A DNA stretch of 51,129 nt from Actinomycetota bacterium (lineage in GTDB: Bacteria; Margulisbacteria; Marinamargulisbacteria; GCA-2716485), in NCBI GenBank assembly GCA_002716485.1, contig PBBE01000005.1, forward strand, positions 1-51,129, read 5' to 3'. The notes below the pieces were generated by a model, which worked only from the letters and a program-made list of their open reading frames with translations, was not told the DNA's origin and made no database searches. The position numbers and the translations under genes were made by a program. Shown piece by piece: positions 43,042 through 51,129 of the stretch. The stretch's first letter is position 1. The number at the start of each line of letters is the position of its first letter.

Positions 43042-44394
43042 ATGAAGAAGTTCAACGTTCAAAATACCTATCAGTTACCTATTTCAGGAAAGCCTAGTAC
43101 TCAAGTTAATGTACTTGCCGATCCTGATGTCATTTCGGTTTCTCCAGAAAGTTTGTCCTTGATCAAACCTAAGTTATTAAAAAAACAGGGTGAGAAGGTT
43201 CAGATTGGAACCCCTTTATTTTTTGATAAACGTAATCCGGATGCCATTTGGGTCTCGCCAGCAGCTGGGGTGATTAAAGAGATTGTTTATGGGCCGCGGC
43301 GTGTTATTTTGCGGGTTGATATTGAACGAGATAAGAAGGAAGCAGTGGTTCAACATGAGACTTTAGATGACGCGGCTTTGGTTGCTATGGAACGTGAGGC
43401 TTTGGTGGATCGATTAATTCAAGGTGGGTTATGGAGTTCCTTGATGGTTTATCCGTTTAAGGTTGCGCCTAAAAAAGAGGTGGTTCCTCATAATATTTAT
43501 GTGACAGTGGACCAAGATGATCCTTTCTTACCCGAGAGTGATGTTTATTTTGATGGGCAGACAGAAGCGTTTTTATTAGGGGTCACGGCCCTTAAGAAAT
43601 TGACTACAGGCCAGGTGTTTGTAGGGGTTTCGAATGAAAATCAAGTCGTATATCCAAAGGTGAGTTCGGTGGTGACCCATATTATTGAAGGGGCTTATCC
43701 AGCCAATGACCCTGGTGTCTTTATTTATCACAATAAGACCGACCAGAAAGACAACTCTGCTTGGGGACTTAGGGCGCAAGATGTGATTCGTTTGGGTCAG
43801 TTTTTAAGCACAGGAACCTACCCTATTGACCGTATTTATACGGTAGGTGGGCCTATGGTTAAGTCGCCTTGTCATGTGAAGTCTCGGGAAGGTGTTTCTG
43901 TTGAACATTTGTTATCTGGGTTTTCTCTTACTAAGGGTAAGACGCGTTTTATTTTAGGGGGTATTCTAACTGGACGACAAGCGGATAAGGCCTCTGCGTT
44001 ATCTGTTCGAGAGTATGGGCTTAATGTCTTGCAAGAAGGACAGGAGCAAACCTTTTTATCGTTTATGCGATTGGGCGCTGAGCGATCGACTGTGTCGCGG
44101 ACATATTTAGGTGGCGTGATGCAAAAAGCTGCTTATGCAATGTCAACAGTGGTCAATGGTGGACATCGTGCTTGTATTTCTTGTTCTGCTTGTCCGGAAA
44201 TGTGTCCGGTGGGCTTGTACCCTCAGTTAATTATGAAGAGCTTGCATGCCAATGAAATGGAAGAGGCGGTGCAGCAAGGTCTATTGGATTGTGTGGATTG
44301 TGGTTTGTGTACGTATGTCTGTCCTTCTAAAATTGAGTTAGGCAGTGATTTTGAGACTGCAAAAAAATCATTATTTGAGGCATTAGAGCAATGA
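43042..44394 (+). CDS. nqrA: Na+-translocating NADH:quinone oxidoreductase subunit A, with two ferredoxin-type Cys motifs
   Basis: 450 aa. The N-terminus is NqrA-type (LPISGKPS...IKPKLLKKQGEKVQIGTPLFFDKRNPDAIWVSPAAGVIKEIVYGPRRVILRV). It is the first gene of nqrA-F. The C-terminus carries CISCSACPEMCP and CVDCGLCTYVCP. Confidence 0.85.
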   Translation: MKKFNVQNTYQLPISGKPSTQVNVLADPDVISVSPESLSLIKPKLLKKQGEKVQIGTPLFFDKRNPDAIWVSPAAGVIKEIVYGPRRVILRVDIERDKKEAVVQHETLDDAALVAMEREALVDRLIQGGLWSSLMVYPFKVAPKKEVVPHNIYVTVDQDDPFLPESDVYFDGQTEAFLLGVTALKKLTTGQVFVGVSNENQVVYPKVSSVVTHIIEGAYPANDPGVFIYHNKTDQKDNSAWGLRAQDVIRLGQFLSTGTYPIDRIYTVGGPMVKSPCHVKSREGVSVEHLLSGFSLTKGKTRFILGGILTGRQADKASALSVREYGLNVLQEGQEQTFLSFMRLGAERSTVSRTYLGGVMQKAAYAMSTVVNGGHRACISCSACPEMCPVGLYPQLIMKSLHANEMEEAVQQGLLDCVDCGLCTYVCPSKIELGSDFETAKKSLFEALEQ

Positions 44395-45575
44395 AGTTTT
44401 TAAATCGTATTTTTGAGTCTATAGAGCCACAGTTTCTTAAGGAAGGTAAGTACGCCAAGTATTATCCGTTGTTTGAAGGGTTTTATTCTCTTTGCTTTAG
44501 TCCTAAAGATGTTACCAAATCGAAGGTGCATGTTAGAGATGCATTGGATACCAAGCGTTTTATGACCATTGTAATTATATCGCTGCTTCCTTGTCTTTTA
44601 TTTGGGATTTTTAATACAGGGTATCAGGCCCATCTTGCGGCGGGCCGTTCTTTGGATCTTGTCCCGGTGTTGTTGACAGGACTTATTGAAGTATTGCCTT
44701 TGGTCATTATTTCTTATTCAGTGGGCTTGTTTTGGGAATTTTTGAGTGCGGTTATTCGCGGTCATGAAATTAATGAAGGCTTTTTAGTGACGGGGATGCT
44801 GTATCCCTTGGTCTTGCCGTCTACGATTCCGTTATGGCAAGCTGCTGTTGGAATTACTTTTGGCGTGATTGTGGGTAAAGAAGTGTTTGGGGGGTCAGGA
44901 CGTAACTTCTTGAATCCAGCCTTAACTGCAAGGGCGTTTTTGTTTTTTTCTTATCCGTCTTATATGAGTGGGGATGTGTGGACGTCTTTATTAGTGAGTA
45001 AGGATCAGTTGGTTGATGGCTTTTCTGGTGCTAGTGCATTGGCCATCGCAGCCGCTACTCAGGCGCCGCAATCTGCATTGGTGGCTCTTCAGGATGCAGG
45101 ATATACGTTACAGAATTTAGTTCTTGGCTTGGTGCCAGGTAGTATTGGAGAAACGTCGGTTTTATGCGTGGCGTTAGGGGCACTTATTTTGTTAGTGACG
45201 GGTGTGGGAAGTTGGCGGACAATGTTGGGATGTGTGATTGGGGCCGTAGCAACGGTGTCGTTATTTCAGTTTTTTGCCACAGATCAGACCATTCCTTTTT
45301 TGAATTTGCCTCTTTCTTGGCAGTTGAGTATGGGGTCTTTTGCTTTTGCGATTGTGTTTATGGCTACAGACCCGGTGTCCTCGCCATCACTTAATAGTTC
45401 TCGATTTATTTATGGGATATTGATTGGGTGTTTGGGGATGTTGATTCGGGTGATTAATCCCGCTTATCCTGAAGGATGGATGTTGGCTATTTTATTGATG
45501 AATGTATTTGCACCGTTAATCGATCATGTGGTATATCAGCGCGGCTTAAAAAGAAGGGTGCCTAATGTCATCTAA
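44391..45575 (+). CDS. nqrB: Na+-NQR subunit B
   Basis: 394 aa, polytopic. It has NqrB/RnfD blocks, including the flavinylation-site context DGFSGASAL, plus FMATDPVS. Confidence 0.92.
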   Translation: MKFLNRIFESIEPQFLKEGKYAKYYPLFEGFYSLCFSPKDVTKSKVHVRDALDTKRFMTIVIISLLPCLLFGIFNTGYQAHLAAGRSLDLVPVLLTGLIEVLPLVIISYSVGLFWEFLSAVIRGHEINEGFLVTGMLYPLVLPSTIPLWQAAVGITFGVIVGKEVFGGSGRNFLNPALTARAFLFFSYPSYMSGDVWTSLLVSKDQLVDGFSGASALAIAAATQAPQSALVALQDAGYTLQNLVLGLVPGSIGETSVLCVALGALILLVTGVGSWRTMLGCVIGAVATVSLFQFFATDQTIPFLNLPLSWQLSMGSFAFAIVFMATDPVSSPSLNSSRFIYGILIGCLGMLIRVINPAYPEGWMLAILLMNVFAPLIDHVVYQRGLKRRVPNVI

Positions 45576-46254
45576 AGCCTTACAGTCTTTTGTGTTTGCA
45601 TTTGGGATGTGCGTGGTTTGTGCCTTGTTATTGACAGGGGCTGCTATGGGCTTGAAAGATCGTCAAGATCAAAATAAGTTAGTGGATCAACAGAAAAATA
45701 TTTTAAAAGCGTTAGGAGAGTTAGAGGCGTCTGAGGTGTTGACAGGTGAGGAGATTATGGCTCGCTTTCAAGCGCGATGTGAATTGGTTTATTTATCGAA
45801 AGATGGGCGGATGTCAGCGCAAGCGGACGAGGTGTTTACCTTACCTTTATATTTGGTCCGTGAGGCTGGTGAAATTCAAAAATATGGGGTGCCGTTTAAA
45901 GCCTATGGGTTATGGAGCTGGATTTATGGTTATATTGCCTTAGATGGTGGTGGTGATAATGTGATTGGATTTACGGTGTATCAGCATGCAGAGACGCCTG
46001 GGTTAGGGGCAGAGTGTGAGAAGCCTTGGTTTCAGAATCAATTTAAAGGGAAGCGCATTACGGATCAGGATGGAGACTTTGTCTCTATTTGGATTGCTAA
46101 AGGTGCCTATAAAGATGAGGCTAAGCCCAATCAGTATCATCATTATATTGATGGGATGAGTGGGGCGACCATTACGAGTAAGGGAATTGAGAAACATTTG
46201 AAGAAGACCTTGAGTCAATATGAGCCATTTTCAAAAGCATTAAGGGAGCAATAA
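45565..46254 (+). CDS. nqrC: Na+-NQR subunit C
   Basis: 229 aa with an N-terminal TM anchor. Its FMN-binding domain carries the covalent-FMN motif IDGMSGATITSKG. Confidence 0.85.
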   Translation: MSSKALQSFVFAFGMCVVCALLLTGAAMGLKDRQDQNKLVDQQKNILKALGELEASEVLTGEEIMARFQARCELVYLSKDGRMSAQADEVFTLPLYLVREAGEIQKYGVPFKAYGLWSWIYGYIALDGGGDNVIGFTVYQHAETPGLGAECEKPWFQNQFKGKRITDQDGDFVSIWIAKGAYKDEAKPNQYHHYIDGMSGATITSKGIEKHLKKTLSQYEPFSKALREQ

Positions 46255-46256
46255 GG

Positions 46257-46886
46257 ATGTCGATACGTAGTACTAAATCATATAAAGTTTTTATGACGCC
46301 TATTGTTCAGGCCAACCCAATCGCCACGGCTATTTTAGGGATTTGTTCGGCATTGGCGGTGACGACCCAGGTATTGCCGTCTATTATTATGGTCTTGGCA
46401 ATGACCTTTGTTTTGTCTTTTTCGAATGTGACGGTCTCTTTATTACGACATGTGATCCCTAAGAATATCCGAATTATTGTGGAGTTGGTTGTTATTGCCT
46501 CTTTGGTGATTTTGGCGGACCAATTTTTGAAGGCCTTTATGTTTTCGGTCAGTAAGCAGTTGTCGGTATTTGTGGGTTTGATTATTACAAATTGTATTAT
46601 TATGGGGAGGGCGGAAGCCTTTGCATTAGGGAATACGCCTTGGTATTCTTTTCTTGATGGACTTGGGAATGGACTGGGGTATGGGTATATTTTGGTTGTG
46701 GTCTCTGTCTTTCGAGAGTTGCTAGGATCTGGCACTATTTTAGGGTTTCAGATTATTCCTCAGTCTTTTTATGAGATGGGGTATACAGATATTGGATTAA
46801 TGGTCTTAGCGCCGGGGGTGTTTATTACCATTGGATTGTTGGTATGGGCACAGAACCGATACTTGGGTATTGAAGGACACGGATAA
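46257..46886 (+). CDS. nqrD: Na+-NQR subunit D
   Basis: 209 aa with six TM segments and NqrD/RnfE blocks (ANPIATAILGICSALAVT, GLIITNCIIMGRAEAFA). Confidence 0.92.
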   Translation: MSIRSTKSYKVFMTPIVQANPIATAILGICSALAVTTQVLPSIIMVLAMTFVLSFSNVTVSLLRHVIPKNIRIIVELVVIASLVILADQFLKAFMFSVSKQLSVFVGLIITNCIIMGRAEAFALGNTPWYSFLDGLGNGLGYGYILVVVSVFRELLGSGTILGFQIIPQSFYEMGYTDIGLMVLAPGVFITIGLLVWAQNRYLGIEGHG

Positions 46887-46887
46887 T

Positions 46888-47511
46888 ATGCAACATTTAG
46901 TCAGCTTGGCATTAGAGTCTATTTTTATTAACAATATCTTATTGGCTTTGTTTTTAGGGATGTGTTCCTTTTTAGGATGTGCCAAGAATATTAAAACAGC
47001 GTCAGGGCTGGGATTGGCTGTGATTTTTGTATTGAGTATTACCGCGCCAATGAATTGGGCGGTGAATGAGTATTTACTTAAGCCTGGGGCCTTGGTCTGG
47101 TTAAGTGAGTCTTTTGTGGATGTGGATTTGAGCTTTTTAGTGTTTATTACCTTTATTGCGACCATTGCGGGGATGGTTCAGCTGGTAGAGATGTTGATGG
47201 AGAAGTTTTCGCCGGCGCTTTATGTGTCTTTGGGGATTTTCTTGCCTCTTATTGCTGTTAACTGTGCGATTTTGGGGACGTCACTATTTATGGAGCAACG
47301 GCAATATACCTTTGCGGAGGCAGCTGTATTTGGATTTAGTTCTGGGATTGGTTGGTTCTTGGCTATTGTTTCTTTTTCAGCAGTTTTGCAGAAGTTGAAG
47401 TATGCGGATTTACCGAAGGGGTTGAATGGTTTTGCGATTAATATGATTACGACAGGCTTAATTGCGATGGCCTTTATGGCTTTTGCGGGTATTAAGTTGA
47501 CGGAAGGGTAA
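46888..47511 (+). CDS. nqrE: Na+-NQR subunit E
   Basis: ORF 46831..47511; the ATG at 46888 is 1 nt after the nqrD stop. NqrE/RnfA blocks are present ([33 protein letters not shown]). Confidence 0.92.
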   Translation: MQHLVSLALESIFINNILLALFLGMCSFLGCAKNIKTASGLGLAVIFVLSITAPMNWAVNEYLLKPGALVWLSESFVDVDLSFLVFITFIATIAGMVQLVEMLMEKFSPALYVSLGIFLPLIAVNCAILGTSLFMEQRQYTFAEAAVFGFSSGIGWFLAIVSFSAVLQKLKYADLPKGLNGFAINMITTGLIAMAFMAFAGIKLTEG

Positions 47512-47518
47512 TAAAACA

Positions 47519-48739
47519 ATGGTATATTTATTGAGCTTGGGTGTCTTTTTATTGGTCATTATGAGCTTGGTTTTTGTTTTATATATAGTGGAACAGAAAG
47601 TGATTGGGGTATCAGATTGTCAGATTTTGATTAATGATGATGCTGCGAAGAGCCCGACGGTGAGCTCTGGAACGAACTTGTTAGGGGCCTTGTCGAATGC
47701 CGGGGTCTTTTTACCTTCGGCTTGTGGGGGTGGTGGGACTTGTGCTATGTGTAAAGTTCAGGTTTTGGAAGGGGCTGGAGATGCGTTGCCGACGGAGTTG
47801 CCCCATTTGAGTATTCGGGAACGAAAGACCAATGTTCGATTAGGCTGTCAGGTTAAAGTTAAGAATGATATTAAGATTAAGATCCCTGATGAGATCTTTA
47901 GTATTAAGAAATTTGAATGTGAAGTTATTTCGAATGATAATGTGGCGACGTTTATTAAAGACTTGAGAATGAAGTTGCCAGAGTCTTTGGATTTGGATTT
48001 TCGGGCCGGTGGATACATTCAGATTTATATTCCGCCGTATCAATTAAATTATAAGTCTTTTGATATAGGCGAAGAGTATCGACCAGATTGGGATAATTTT
48101 AAACTTTGGGATGTGGATGCGTCGAATAAAGAAGAGATTTTTAGGGCGTATTCTATGGCCAATTACCCTGAAGAGAAGGGTGTGATTTATTTGAATGTTC
48201 GGATTGCGAGCCCGCCACCTGGAAGTCAAGGGATTCCTGCCGGGATTGGGTCCTCTTATATCTTTGATTTGAAACCTGGCGATAAGGTCATGATTAGTGG
48301 CCCTTATGGCGAGTTTTTTGCGCAAGAGACTCAACGTGAGATGTGTTTTATTGGTGGAGGGGCTGGTATGGCGCCTATGAGGAGTCATATTTTTGATCAG
48401 TTGAAACGAATTAAGACGGATCGCAAAATGACCTTTTGGTATGGGGCTAGATCTTTAAGGGAAATGTTTTATGATGATGAATTTAAGCAGTTAGAGGCAG
48501 ATAATCCGAATTTTTCTTATCATGTGGCCTTGTCGGACCCGCAGCCTGAAGATCAATGGGAAGGCATGACTGGGTTTATTCATCAGTGTCTTTTGGATAA
48601 CTTTTTGAGTCAACATGAAGATCCCACTGAAGTGGAATATTATCTTTGTGGGCCGCCGATGATGTTGAAATGTTGTATGGATATGTTGGATGATCTCGGT
48701 GTTGAGAAAGAGATGATCTTATTTGATGACTTTGGTTAG
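47519..48739 (+). CDS. nqrF: Na+-NQR subunit F
   Basis: 406 aa with an N-terminal TM segment. It has a 2Fe-2S ferredoxin motif ([12 protein letters not shown]...LGCQV), an FAD motif (RAYSMAN) and an NAD-binding fold ([13 protein letters not shown]). Confidence 0.93.
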   Translation: MVYLLSLGVFLLVIMSLVFVLYIVEQKVIGVSDCQILINDDAAKSPTVSSGTNLLGALSNAGVFLPSACGGGGTCAMCKVQVLEGAGDALPTELPHLSIRERKTNVRLGCQVKVKNDIKIKIPDEIFSIKKFECEVISNDNVATFIKDLRMKLPESLDLDFRAGGYIQIYIPPYQLNYKSFDIGEEYRPDWDNFKLWDVDASNKEEIFRAYSMANYPEEKGVIYLNVRIASPPPGSQGIPAGIGSSYIFDLKPGDKVMISGPYGEFFAQETQREMCFIGGGAGMAPMRSHIFDQLKRIKTDRKMTFWYGARSLREMFYDDEFKQLEADNPNFSYHVALSDPQPEDQWEGMTGFIHQCLLDNFLSQHEDPTEVEYYLCGPPMMLKCCMDMLDDLGVEKEMILFDDFG

Positions 48740-48757
48740 TCTGGACATCGTAACGAT

Positions 48758-49813
48758 TTGAAGTCGGTTGTGAAGCGGTTCGGGGTCTTGGTGGCGGCCT
48801 TTGTGTTGGTTGCAGGCCCGATACGATTGTCTTATCCCAAATTAATGGTCTTTGAAGGCGATATTATGGGGACCGCTTATCATGTTCAGGTACTTGTGCC
48901 GCTTTGGTGGCGTAGGGAGCGTTTAGAAAGGCCTTTAGAAGAGTTATTAGAGCGGCAAGTGATGATCTTTTCGACCTATGAGCCGGAAAGTGAATTAATG
49001 GGGCTTAATCGTGATATGACGGGGTTGGCACGGCCTGTGTCTGAGGAGTTGTATGAGGTACTTGTATTATCGAAAGCGCTTTATCATCAGACTCGTGGTG
49101 CCTTTGATGTGACCGCCAAGCCTTTGATTGATTTTTGGGGGATTGGGGAGCAAGATATTCAGGTGCAAGAGTGGCCGTCTCGGTCACAGTTGGGGCCGGT
49201 TTTGGAGTTGTTGGGGATGGATCAGATTGGGCTGGGTCGGGACGGTTATGTTCAGAAGTTAGCTGGGTCAGTTCATATTGATTTGTCTGGGATAGCGAAA
49301 GGGTATGCGGTGGATCAGGTGGCGGAATGGTTACTTGATCAACAGATGAATGACTTTATGGTTGAAATTGGTGGCGAGGTGAGGCTTAGTGGTCAGAAAG
49401 GGGATCGAGATTGGGTGATTGGGGTTCGTTGGCCGGGACAGCATGAGATGCGGCCCTTGATGGGGCTTCCTTTGTCAGATATGTCGGTGGCGACCAGTGG
49501 TGATTATCAACAGCAGTTTGTGTTGGATGGGACTGTGTATTCTCATATATTGGATCCGAGGACCGGGTATCCGGTTTTAAGTGACTTGGTGAGTATTACT
49601 GTTTTGGCCAAGCAATGTGCCCTTGCGGATGGGGTCGCGACGGCACTGAAAGTGATGGGGGTTGAAGAGGGCTTGTCCTATGTTGAACAGCGACCTGAAA
49701 TTGAGGTGTTTTTGGTGAGACGTGAACAGGATGGGGGCTTGGTTGGGGTGCCTAGCTCGGGGTTTCCGGTTTCACAGGCCCGTTTTTTTGAGGATGTTCA
49801 GATTTTGGATTAG
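48758..49813 (+). CDS. apbE: FAD:protein FMN transferase
   Basis: 351 aa with a TTG start and an N-terminal anchor. ApbE blocks are present (MGTAYHV, FDVTAKPLIDFWG, IDLSGIAKGYAVD, ATSGDYQQ, SHILDPRTGYP, ADGVATAL). It lies directly after nqrF. Confidence 0.88.
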   Translation: MKSVVKRFGVLVAAFVLVAGPIRLSYPKLMVFEGDIMGTAYHVQVLVPLWWRRERLERPLEELLERQVMIFSTYEPESELMGLNRDMTGLARPVSEELYEVLVLSKALYHQTRGAFDVTAKPLIDFWGIGEQDIQVQEWPSRSQLGPVLELLGMDQIGLGRDGYVQKLAGSVHIDLSGIAKGYAVDQVAEWLLDQQMNDFMVEIGGEVRLSGQKGDRDWVIGVRWPGQHEMRPLMGLPLSDMSVATSGDYQQQFVLDGTVYSHILDPRTGYPVLSDLVSITVLAKQCALADGVATALKVMGVEEGLSYVEQRPEIEVFLVRREQDGGLVGVPSSGFPVSQARFFEDVQILD

Positions 49814-50054
49814 AAAATAGGTTTTGGGACCGTTTATGGAAGCTTAGTCGGGACCGGTGTTGCATTTTGAGTGCGCCGCTCGTATCTTCGATGGGGCAGA
49901 GGCCTGCCTCTCGGGATAGACACTGTTCTGGATCCTCTTGGGGTGGTTTTGCGCATTGGCCTTGGGCGGCTTCTTTATTGAAGAATAGGACGCCGAGTCC
50001 TAAGCCGACCATGCAGATGGCGATGAGGATGATGCTGAGTAGGACGGTGGTCAT
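49752..50054 (-). CDS. Small membrane protein, possibly NqrM-like (Na+-NQR maturation)
   Basis: 100 aa with one N-terminal TM segment (TTVLLSIILIAICMVGLGLGVLFF). A Cys-containing segment follows (QGQCAKPPQEDPEQCLSREAGLCP). It is convergent with apbE and overlaps it by 62 bp. Its ATG overlaps the fur stop. The family call is tentative. Confidence 0.4.
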   Translation of the reverse strand: MTTVLLSIILIAICMVGLGLGVLFFNKEAAQGQCAKPPQEDPEQCLSREAGLCPIEDTSGALKMQHRSRLSFHKRSQNLFSNPKSEHPQKNGPVKPETPS

Positions 50055-50524
50055 TTCTCTTGTGCTTGGGCTTTGCCTGCGCAGTTTTCTTTTTCGCAGT
50101 CGGCATAGATGTGGATGGAGTGGTAGCGGGGGGTGAATTGCTGTTGGGTGCAGTAGCTGTTGATTTTGTTTAATAGCTGGGTTTCTTCAAATTCAGAAAT
50201 TTTGCCACAGAAGTTACAGATTAGGTGGGCATGGTGTTCTCTAGATGCAGTTTGCTCGTAGAAGACTTTGCCGTCTGGCATGTTCACCTTTTGGATTAGG
50301 CCAGCGTCTAAGAGTTGTTTGATTGTGCGATAGAATGTGGCCCTTGAGAAACGTCGCTTTTGGCTGTGTAGTTTGGCTAGGAATTCGTCGACTTCGAAAT
50401 GGGTTTTGCTTTTGAATATGACGTCAGCGATCTCTCTTTTTTGGTTGGTGTAGCGGCTGTCCTGTTCAATGAGGTACTTTTCGAAGTTATTATGGGAATT
50501 TTTGAGGGCTGTTTTATTGCTCAT
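50051..50524 (-). CDS. fur: Fur-family metalloregulator
   Basis: ORF 50051..50620, with a likely ATG at 50524 (MSNKTALKN...). It has a winged-helix part (RATFYRTIKQLLDAGLI). The Fur metal-site motif HHAHLICNFCG is followed by a second Cys pair (CEKENC). Confidence 0.8.
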   Translation of the reverse strand: MSNKTALKNSHNNFEKYLIEQDSRYTNQKREIADVIFKSKTHFEVDEFLAKLHSQKRRFSRATFYRTIKQLLDAGLIQKVNMPDGKVFYEQTASREHHAHLICNFCGKISEFEETQLLNKINSYCTQQQFTPRYHSIHIYADCEKENCAGKAQAQEK

Positions 50525-50921
50525 GGTATTCCTCAATGTAGGGGGCCATCTGACTGTCGATGGTATAGATATGGGTGATAATTTGGTCGGATAATTTACG
50601 GATCGATAAGGCAAGTTCATTAAATGGGGTTTTTTGGGTGTATTGGGTTCGTATTTTGTTGACTTGGTTTCGAAGTACTTCGTGTTCGTCTTGGTGGTGT
50701 TGGTGGTGAGGATAGTTCATTTTTTTCATGAGGGTTTCCTCTTCTGAGAAATGTTCCATGACATAGGTTTCTAGAAATTCGATGATGCTGATTAGTTGGG
50801 AGCGCTTTTGGTCTTTGCAGGCTTGGTCTAGGGTGCTGGTTAGGAAGAATAGTTCCTTGTGGTGGTTATCGATTTGGTCGTCGCCTACTGAAATGATGGC
50901 GTTGGGGGCTAGTATTGTCAT
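50514..50921 (-). CDS. Hemerythrin-like metal-binding protein
   Basis: 135 aa with the hemerythrin His/Glu ligand pattern (IDNHHKELF..., VMEHFSEEE, YPHHQHHQDEH..., ITHIYTID). Confidence 0.8.
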   Translation of the reverse strand: MTILAPNAIISVGDDQIDNHHKELFFLTSTLDQACKDQKRSQLISIIEFLETYVMEHFSEEETLMKKMNYPHHQHHQDEHEVLRNQVNKIRTQYTQKTPFNELALSIRKLSDQIITHIYTIDSQMAPYIEEYHEQ

Positions 50922-51028
50922 GGTTTTATTTTAATATAGAATGTGTTTTTTTGTCTATGCTTGGGAGTGATGTATTGAAATTTTTTGGGTTCTCTTTTAT
51001 AGTAGGGGAGCTGTCGGGGGATTTTTTT

Positions 51029-51118
51029 GGAAAGGTGGCCGAGTGGTTGAAGGCGCACGCCTGGAACGCGTGTATAGTGGCAACATTATCGTGGGTTCGA
51101 ATCCCACCCTTTCCGCCA
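51029..51118 (+). tRNA. tRNA-Ser (anticodon GGA)
   Basis: Folded by hand:
- Acceptor stem GGAAAGG/CCTTTCC.
- D-arm GCCGAGTGGTTGAAGGC.
- Anticodon stem CACGC/GCGTG with loop CTGGAAC.
- Long variable arm.
- T-arm GTGGG-TTCGAAT-CCCAC.
- Discriminator G and an encoded CCA. Confidence 0.9.
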
Positions 51119-51129
51119 AAATAAAACAA

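Noticed and set aside
50915-51129. ORFs 50915..51124 (+) and 50926..51129 (-) overlapping the tRNA. I also asked whether the tRNA-Ser marks an integration site.
   Set aside because: The ORFs read through a clearly folded tRNA and are spurious. There is no integrase, no direct repeat of the tRNA 3' end, and no foreign-looking genes in the window.
1-51129. Search for CRISPR arrays, IS elements, toxin-antitoxin pairs, restriction-modification genes or other defence islands.
   Set aside because: I saw no regularly spaced repeats, transposase or integrase-like ORFs, or small paired ORFs. Gene content is housekeeping, envelope, motility and respiration throughout.

Overview
The window is chromosomal core DNA from a low-to-moderate GC (about 40-45% by eye) diderm bacterium that I cannot place taxonomically. 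It is almost fully coding, and I found no CRISPR array, transposase, integrase or prophage. Left to right, the content is:
- pdxJ.
- A TonB-dependent receptor-exbB-exbD-tonB operon (-).
- A tightly packed module of four exported proteins of unknown function (+): an outer-membrane beta-barrel, an LpoB/FlgO-like protein and two LPP20/FlgP-like proteins.
- lepA and a class IV aminotransferase.
- An 11-kb flagellar basal-body cluster: fliK, flhB-C-only, flgFGAHI, flgJ-like, fliA, flgBC, fliE, fliF and a short fliG-like gene.
- An 18-kb minus-strand array: exbB-exbD-tonB paralogues with a 663-aa secreted protein and an SLH-like anchored protein, ATP-citrate lyase aclBA, holB, rpsU, lptF/G, a TPR protein, an lptD-like gene, a lipoprotein and lnt.
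- A LOG/PpnN-like gene, rlmN, and the complete nqrABCDEF-apbE operon.
- A convergent hemerythrin-fur-nqrM-like operon, and tRNA-Ser(GGA).

The points most worth follow-up:
- The uncharacterised four-gene envelope module.
- The second ExbBD-TonB module and its unusual partners.
- An NqrA that carries two RnfC-type 4Fe-4S motifs.
- A truncated FliG-like protein, with expanded FliE and FliF.
- A Fur-box-like palindrome on the acl promoter.
- A strong G+T excess on the + strand that is independent of gene orientation.
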